Shown here: positions 45,609-50,445 of the stretch, in pieces
Position numbering within the stretch: the stretch's first letter is position 1
Layout of the letters: every line of letters starts with the position of its first letter
Source: Anaerolineales bacterium
Lineage (GTDB): Bacteria; Chloroflexota; Anaerolineae; Anaerolineales; Villigracilaceae
Direction of reading: 5' to 3'
DNA length: 50,445 bases
Assembly: GCA_034434255.1 (NCBI GenBank)
Contig: DAOTZT010000109.1
Span: forward strand, 1 to 50,445
Notes under the pieces: generated by a model
The model's input: only the letters and a program-made list of their open reading frames with translations
The model's database searches: none
Told to the model about the DNA's origin: nothing
Program-made: the position numbers and the translations under genes

Positions 45609-48113
45609 TCAACCCACCTTCGCCCCTCGCAGCCGCAGACTGTTGCTCACCACGAACACACTGCTGAAGGCCATTGCCCCCGCCGCCAGCATCGGGTTGA
45701 GCAATCCCAGCGCGGCAGCCGGGATGAGAATCACGTTGTAGAAAAACGCCCAAAAGAGATTTTGCTTGATGGTCGTCAGCGTCTTACGCGAAAGGCGGAT
45801 GGCGCGCGCCACGCCGCGCAGGTCGCCGCTCATCAAGGTCACCGCGGCGGCAGCCAGGGCCACGTCCGTGCCCGTGCCGATGGCCATGCCCACGTCAGCC
45901 TGGGCCAGCGCCGGCGCATCGTTCACCCCATCCCCCACCATAGCCACAATGTTTGCAGGTTTGAAAGTTTGCACGTTTGAAGGTTCCAACGTCCCAACCT
46001 GCAAACGTTTGACTTCGAGCGCCTTGCCCTCCGGCAACACCTCCGCCAGCACCATATCCATCCCCACCTGGCGGGCAATCGCCTCGGCGGTCTTGCGGTT
46101 ATCGCCGGTGATCATGGCCACTTTCAACCCCATGCGGTGCAGTTCTTCAATCGCTTCCTGCGAACCTTCTTTGAGGGTATCCGCCACAGCAATCACCCCG
46201 GCGGCCTGACCATCCACCGCCACGAGGATCGCCGTCTTCGCTTCGGATTGCAGACGCTCGACCTCGGAAGCCAGACTCCCCAGCGGGATGCCGCGGCCCT
46301 CGAGCATTTTCGCGTTCCCCACCAGCACGCTCCGCCCCTCGACCTCGGCCTGGACTCCGTACCCGGGCAGGGCCACGAACCCGGCCGCTTCCGCCAAACT
46401 CAAGCCCCGCGCGGTTGCCTCGGCCCAAATCGCCTCGCCCAGTGGATGCTCGCTCCCCCTCTCCACGCTCGCGGCCAGGCGTAATAAGTCATCAGTCATC
46501 AGTGACCAGTGATCAGTACCTCTTACTGATAACTGATCACTGATGACTGAATCAGTCACCGCCGGTTGACCTTTTGTAATGGTGCCCGTCTTATCCAGCA
46601 CCACCACGTTGACGCGCCCGGCACGTTCCAGCGCTTCGCTGTTGCGGAAGAGGATGCCCATCTCGGCGCCCTTGCCCGCGCCGACCATGATGGCAGTCGG
46701 CGTAGCCAGCCCCATGGCGCACGGACAGGCGATGACCAGCACGGCCACCATGTTGATGAGCGCCCGCGTGAAATCGCCCGGCGCGCCGAAGAAATACCAG
46801 GCCACAAACGTAAGCAGGGCTACGCCAATCACCGCCGGCACGAACACGGCCGAGACCTGGTCGGCCAGTCTCTGAATCGGCGCTTTGCTGCCCTGCGCCT
46901 CTTCCACCAGGCGGATGATCTGCGCCAGGGCGGTTTCCTTGCCCACTTTGGTCGCCTCGAACTTGAGCATGCCCAGTTTGTTGAGCGTCGCCCCAATCAC
47001 CGCGTCGCCGGGGCCTTTTTCCACCGGCAGCGACTCGCCCGTCAGCATGGATTCGTCCACCGTGCTGCGGCCTTCGAGCACCACGCCATCCACCGGAATC
47101 TTCTCGCCGGGACGGACGAGGATCACGTCGCCGACGCGCACCTCGTCAATCGGGACCTCCACCGCCTCCCCGTCGCGAACGACGCGGGCCGTTTTGGCGC
47201 GTAAACTCATCAGTTTTTTGATCGCCTCGGAGGTGCGTCCTTTGGCGCGGGCCTCGAGATACTTCCCCAGCCGAATCAGCGTGATGATGACCGCGGCCGT
47301 CTCGAAATAGACGTGTCCGCTCAACAGGCCCAGGGTGATCACCACCGAGTAGAGGTAGGCCACGGATGACCCCATGGCAATCAGCACGTCCATGTTGGCC
47401 GAGCCGTTGCGCAAGGCTTTGTACGCGCCGACGTAATACTGCCAGCCAACGTAGAACTGGACGGGAGTGGCCAGCACCAGCATCAGCCAGTTGAACCACG
47501 GTCTGGCTTCGGGCATCATGCCCGGCATGGGGCGCATGGAATAGACAAAATCGGGCAAAAGGCCAAAGTCCTTGCCCATCGAGAGCAGGAACAAGGGGAC
47601 GGTAAAGAGCAGACCGATGAGCAGCAGGCGGCGTTGTTCGCGGATTTCGCGCTCACGCGCCTTTGCCTCGGCGTCTTCGGCTTCGCCGCCCAGTTCGAGC
47701 GCCTCGAAGCCAGCCGCGGCTACCGCCCGGCGAATCTCTGCCTGCGTGATGAGGGTGGGAATGTATTTGACCCGCGCTTTTTCGCTGGCAAAGGTCACCT
47801 GCGCTTCCAGCACGCCTTCGAGCCGGGCAAGGGCCTTCTCCAGGCGGCGAGCGTCGTTGTCATCGGCCAGACGCTTGATGACCAGATCGGCCTCGCCGGT
47901 AGCCACGCCGTAACCGGCGCGCTGGACGCGGGCGATGAGGTCCGCCAAACCGACCGCGGCGGGGTCGAACTCGACCGTGGCGCGCTCCGACGAAAGATTG
48001 ACCACCGCCGTCTGGACGCCGTCGAGTTTCTTGAGGTTGCGTTCCACGGTCGCCACACAGTTGGCGCAGGTCATGCCGGTAATGGGGAGGGTGAGTTGCT
48101 TGGTTGGGGGCAT
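45609..48113 (-). CDS. copA: Copper-translocating P1B-type ATPase
   Basis: Contains HMA GMTCANC, TGES, CPC ([11 protein letters not shown]), DKTGTIT and [13 protein letters not shown] 48113 was chosen because the GTG at 48158 lies inside the repeat array. Confidence 0.93.
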   Translation of the reverse strand: MPPTKQLTLPITGMTCANCVATVERNLKKLDGVQTAVVNLSSERATVEFDPAAVGLADLIARVQRAGYGVATGEADLVIKRLADDNDARRLEKALARLEGVLEAQVTFASEKARVKYIPTLITQAEIRRAVAAAGFEALELGGEAEDAEAKAREREIREQRRLLLIGLLFTVPLFLLSMGKDFGLLPDFVYSMRPMPGMMPEARPWFNWLMLVLATPVQFYVGWQYYVGAYKALRNGSANMDVLIAMGSSVAYLYSVVITLGLLSGHVYFETAAVIITLIRLGKYLEARAKGRTSEAIKKLMSLRAKTARVVRDGEAVEVPIDEVRVGDVILVRPGEKIPVDGVVLEGRSTVDESMLTGESLPVEKGPGDAVIGATLNKLGMLKFEATKVGKETALAQIIRLVEEAQGSKAPIQRLADQVSAVFVPAVIGVALLTFVAWYFFGAPGDFTRALINMVAVLVIACPCAMGLATPTAIMVGAGKGAEMGILFRNSEALERAGRVNVVVLDKTGTITKGQPAVTDSVISDQLSVRGTDHWSLMTDDLLRLAASVERGSEHPLGEAIWAEATARGLSLAEAAGFVALPGYGVQAEVEGRSVLVGNAKMLEGRGIPLGSLASEVERLQSEAKTAILVAVDGQAAGVIAVADTLKEGSQEAIEELHRMGLKVAMITGDNRKTAEAIARQVGMDMVLAEVLPEGKALEVKRLQVGTLEPSNVQTFKPANIVAMVGDGVNDAPALAQADVGMAIGTGTDVALAAAAVTLMSGDLRGVARAIRLSRKTLTTIKQNLFWAFFYNVILIPAAALGLLNPMLAAGAMAFSSVFVVSNSLRLRGAKVG
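45951..46014. repeat. Octamer array inside the copA coding sequence
   Basis: gtttgcag/gtttgaaa/gtttgcac/gtttgaag/gttccaac/gtcccaac/ctgcaaac/gtttgact. It encodes part of [20 protein letters not shown] in frame. Confidence 0.75.
46488..46560. repeat. Palindromic heptamer array inside the copA coding sequence
   Basis: gtcatca/gtcatca/gtgacca/gtgatca ... tgataac/tgatcac/tgatgac. The 27-nt arms tcagtcatcagtgaccagtgatcagta and tactgataactgatcactgatgactga are reverse complements with 2 mismatches. Confidence 0.85.
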
Positions 48114-48132
48114 GGGGAGGGAAAATAAGTTC

Positions 48133-48219
48133 ACAAGTAGATAAGTAGACAAGTACACAAGTAGACAGGGCCTGTGTACCTGTGTACCTGTATACCTGTA
48201 TACCTGTTTACCTGTGTAC
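48133..48219. repeat. Inverted pair of octamer arrays filling the copZ-copA spacer
   Basis: Left side is ANAAGTAS units and the right side is CCTGTNTA x6, centred on gggcc (48168-48172). The arms pair better on the minus (transcribed) strand through G-U pairs. Confidence 0.8.
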
Positions 48220-48428
48220 TACATACCTACAGCCGGATAATTGATTTCTGCTAAAAGCGCCCTGATCTTATCCTCGGTGGCTGGAGCGTCAAAGGTGATG
48301 ACAACCTCCTTGGTGTCCACTTTTGCTTTCACAGACTGAACGCCCGGCAATTCGGAAACTTCGGCTTCAATGGTATGCGTGCAATGCATACAAGAAATCG
48401 CGGGAACAATATAAGTAACGGTAGTCAT
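48219..48428 (-). CDS. copZ: Copper chaperone CopZ (HMA domain)
   Basis: 69 aa with the metal site SCMHC. SD GGAG lies 7 nt upstream. Confidence 0.85.
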   Translation of the reverse strand: MTTVTYIVPAISCMHCTHTIEAEVSELPGVQSVKAKVDTKEVVITFDAPATEDKIRALLAEINYPAVGM

Positions 48429-48442
48429 AGAATGCTCCTTTT

Positions 48443-48482
48443 TTTACCTGTTTACTTGTTTACCTGCCTACCTGCCTGCGCG
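48443..48482. repeat. Octamer array YYTACYTG x4-5 in the csoR-copZ spacer
   Basis: tttacctg/tttacttg/tttacctg/cctacctg/cctgcgcg. Same ACCTG core as the 48133 array. Confidence 0.75.
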
Positions 48483-48492
48483 TGTACTTTCC

Positions 48493-48762
48493 TTAAACCT
48501 TCGTCGCCATCTCGAACACCTCGGCAATCTCTTTCAACACCCGCTCGCGCTCAGCCGGGTCCTCGCCCTCGATGGCGGTGATGACGCACGAGTGCAGGTG
48601 ATTTTCGAGAATCTGACCACTGACCTTGTTGAGCGCCGCCTGCACCGCCTGAATCTGGCGGATGATGTCAATGCAATAGGCATCTTCTTCCACCATGCGG
48701 ATCACGCCGCGCAGGTGACCTTCGACAATTTTCAAACGCCGCAAGGCATCTTCGTTTTTCAT
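48493..48762 (-). CDS. csoR: CsoR-family copper-sensing transcriptional repressor
   Basis: 89 aa with RLKIVEGHLRGV and the Cys-His-Cys ligand contexts AYCIDI and HLHSCV. Confidence 0.88.
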   Translation of the reverse strand: MKNEDALRRLKIVEGHLRGVIRMVEEDAYCIDIIRQIQAVQAALNKVSGQILENHLHSCVITAIEGEDPAERERVLKEIAEVFEMATKV

Positions 48763-48772
48763 TACGCCTCCT

Positions 48773-48799
48773 ACTACCCCACCCCCCTGGGGGGGATAT
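48773..48799 (-). promoter_or_regulatory. Candidate CsoR operator (G/C-tract pseudo-palindrome)
   Basis: Minus strand reads ATATCCCCCCCAGGGGGGTGGGGTAGT, between the -10 element and the SD of csoR. It resembles the GC-tract inverted repeats bound by CsoR proteins. Confidence 0.55.
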
Positions 48800-48804
48800 G
48801 AAAG

Positions 48805-48833
48805 AATATACTAAAAGATGTCAATTTTGTCAA
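48805..48833 (-). promoter_or_regulatory. sigma70-like promoter of csoR-copZ-copA
   Basis: Minus strand reads TTGACA (48828-48833), 17 nt, TATATT (48805-48810). Confidence 0.6.
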
Positions 48834-48920
48834 GAATTAGGTTTTGGCATCAGCCATCTCAACGAACAACGACACAGGTACACAAAAAACGTTTACAATT
48901 GTCTCGAAAAGGAGCCAGCC

Positions 48921-49592
48921 ATGAAAAAGACCCTGTTGCTCTGGATAATTTTTGCGCTTATATTTCTGCCCGCCTGCGACGGCTGGGTTTATGTGGTGCC
49001 AACCTTCCCGGCGCCGCCCCCCACCATCACGCCCAGCATTTATACCCCCACCCCTGTTTTCCTGACGGCAACCTCTACCCCTACTGCTGACCTTACGACA
49101 GTCACAGCAACGCACACCACCGTCTCCCCTCCCACAGAGACCGCGACGGCCCTCAGCGAAACGCCCACCGTTTCGGCAACCTCCACCAGCCTGCCCGCCA
49201 ATTCGCCCATCCCTGCCAAGATTGAAGTAGAAATATTGGGCTGTAACACCAGCCTGGACATTACACATGGCATGGGTGAAGTGACCAATGCCTTCGTGAT
49301 CTTGAAAAATGCCAGCGGCAGCGACCTTCCCAACCTGTGCGCCACGCTGTTTGCGCTGGATGAAGGCCGCATCCATCCAGACAAAACGGTCTGCTTGCCC
49401 GCCCTGGCGCATGGCTTCCAGTCAACGCTCAAATTGACCGTTGACAGCACCTACAAACAAGATACACCTGTCCAGGTGGAAGTGAAAAGCGGGGAAAGCT
49501 TGCTTGTACGCGTGGGACAACCCTCCTGCAAAGACATCGGTCTGTTTGCGCCTGTCCCGGCTTCTCTGCTGACACCGGTAGCAATTCCGTAA
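48921..49592 (+). CDS. Putative lipoprotein with a Thr/Pro-rich linker
   Basis: Begins MKKTLLLWIIFALIFLPAC, a lipobox-like signal. ATG 48921 lies 6 nt after AAGGAG. The upstream 41 codons of the ORF track overlap the csoR promoter. Confidence 0.65.
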   Translation: MKKTLLLWIIFALIFLPACDGWVYVVPTFPAPPPTITPSIYTPTPVFLTATSTPTADLTTVTATHTTVSPPTETATALSETPTVSATSTSLPANSPIPAKIEVEILGCNTSLDITHGMGEVTNAFVILKNASGSDLPNLCATLFALDEGRIHPDKTVCLPALAHGFQSTLKLTVDSTYKQDTPVQVEVKSGESLLVRVGQPSCKDIGLFAPVPASLLTPVAIP

Positions 49593-49615
49593 GAAAGATT
49601 GGCGTTGGGTGAAAT

Positions 49616-50445
49616 TCACAGCGCTTCGTACATTTTCACCGGCTGGTTGATGCCACGCAGTATCACTTCCATCTCCTGGGAAAGAGCAATTTGGAGTTTG
49701 AGCATTGCCCGAGTGCTCGCAGTGAGTAAAACCTGCCCACCCTGAGCATAGCCAGAAAGGCGCGCAGCAATATTGATTTGCTCACCAAGGGCGGTGTATT
49801 CCAGGCGGTCATCGCAACCTAAATAGCCCACCACGGCTTCGCCACTGGAAATACCCACGCCAAAATCGAGCACAAAGGGCTGAGCAGAGCGTCCCGCTTG
49901 GAACGGGTCTCTCAAGACGTGTTGCAATTCCCGCCCGGCCTGCACCGCCCGGTCGGCATGGTCTGGCTGGTCGCCGTGGGCGTTGAAAACCGCCATGAGC
50001 ATATCGCCAGCATAATTGGTGATTTCACCACCCAGTTGAATGACTACTTGCCCTATCAAGCGAAAATGCTGATTGAGTAAATCGAGCAATTCTTCCGGCG
50101 GAAGTAATTCGGCAAGAGAAGTGAAACCGCGCATATCTGCAAACAAGACACTAACCAGACGCTTTTGGCCACCTGGCGAAACCTGACCGCGTGCAGAGAT
50201 GGCTTGGTCAGCAGCGCGAGAGGGCATCAAACGATGCAACAGGTCGTTCAATTCAGCGCGCGAACGCGCCAATTGGGCGCTGAGCAAATTCAGTTCATTG
50301 CGCTGTTGGGTAATGCGCTGTTCCAGGCGCGCTTCGTTGGTCACATCTATCAGCAGCAGGAGCAAGCCCCCCTGATACGGGAAAATCCGCACACTGAAGT
50401 AAATTTTTTCCCCCGAAATATCCATCCACTCGATTTTCTCGATGG
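49616..50445 (-). CDS. PAS-linked class III adenylate/guanylate cyclase (5' end outside the window)
   Basis: Cyclase core VSVLFADMRGFTSL...NYAGDMLMAVF...GISSGEAVVG. The frame stays open to the window edge (…IEKIEWMDISGEKIYF is the end of a PAS domain). Confidence 0.8.
   Translation of the reverse strand, partial: IEKIEWMDISGEKIYFSVRIFPYQGGLLLLLIDVTNEARLEQRITQQRNELNLLSAQLARSRAELNDLLHRLMPSRAADQAISARGQVSPGGQKRLVSVLFADMRGFTSLAELLPPEELLDLLNQHFRLIGQVVIQLGGEITNYAGDMLMAVFNAHGDQPDHADRAVQAGRELQHVLRDPFQAGRSAQPFVLDFGVGISSGEAVVGYLGCDDRLEYTALGEQINIAARLSGYAQGGQVLLTASTRAMLKLQIALSQEMEVILRGINQPVKMYEAL

Noticed and set aside
48114-48158. GTG 48158 as the copA start.
   Set aside because: These codons lie inside the octamer repeat array and encode [15 protein letters not shown] with no function. 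The HMA domain begins right after ATG 48113. The choice is uncertain because ATG 48113 lacks a clear SD.
45609-48158. Whether copA could be a pseudogene disrupted by repeat insertions.
   Set aside because: The reading frame is continuous and all catalytic motifs ([20 protein letters not shown]) are intact. Both repeat segments are in frame.
48798-48920. N-terminal 41-codon extension of the lipoprotein ORF (MKEYTKRCQFCQ…).
   Set aside because: It overlaps the csoR -10/-35 elements and the operator. A strong SD plus ATG and a lipoprotein signal peptide begin at 48921.

Overview
This is a densely coding, GC-rich bacterial chromosomal segment with about 50 genes, no transposases, no prophage and no CRISPR. 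Gene content hints at a Chloroflexota-like, possibly thermophilic organism (two-NuoM complex I, DUF4160/DUF2442 pair, TtuA/TtuB-like thiolation pair, Thr/Pro-rich linkers); this is inference only.

Layout:
- 1283-22933 is a long minus-strand block. It holds a tRNA-modification/7-deazapurine salvage operon (thiS-like, ttuA-like, C-N hydrolase, yhhQ), murE, and twelve consecutive genes encoding only membrane subunits of F-type ATP synthase (atpZ-B-E-F) and complex I (nuoA-H-J-K-L-M-M-N). DUF1385, an M20 dipeptidase, an orphan peptide-binding protein and secG follow.
- 23031-27012 (+) holds a PHP hydrolase, rpsF-ssb-rpsR and a PpiC-type PPIase.
- 27175-33238 (-) holds smc-rnc-plsC-like-DAG-kinase-like.
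- 33419-45605 (+) holds three very divergent NuoL/NuoK/NuoN-like membrane proteins, a creatininase-family gene, a coiled-coil protein, selB, an MFS transporter, a LysM-M23 peptidase, tRNA-Val and DUF47-PiT.
- 45609-48762 (-) holds csoR-copZ-copA, followed by a lipoprotein and a truncated PAS-adenylate/guanylate cyclase.

Most notable observations:
1. The translationally coupled L-K-N antiporter-like trio has its canonical proton-relay lysines replaced.
2. The nuo+atp supercluster encodes membrane sectors only and includes an AtpF fused to a delta C-terminal domain.
3. Short (7-10 bp) tandem and palindromic repeat arrays occupy many intergenic and intercistronic spacers, and two sit in-frame inside copA.
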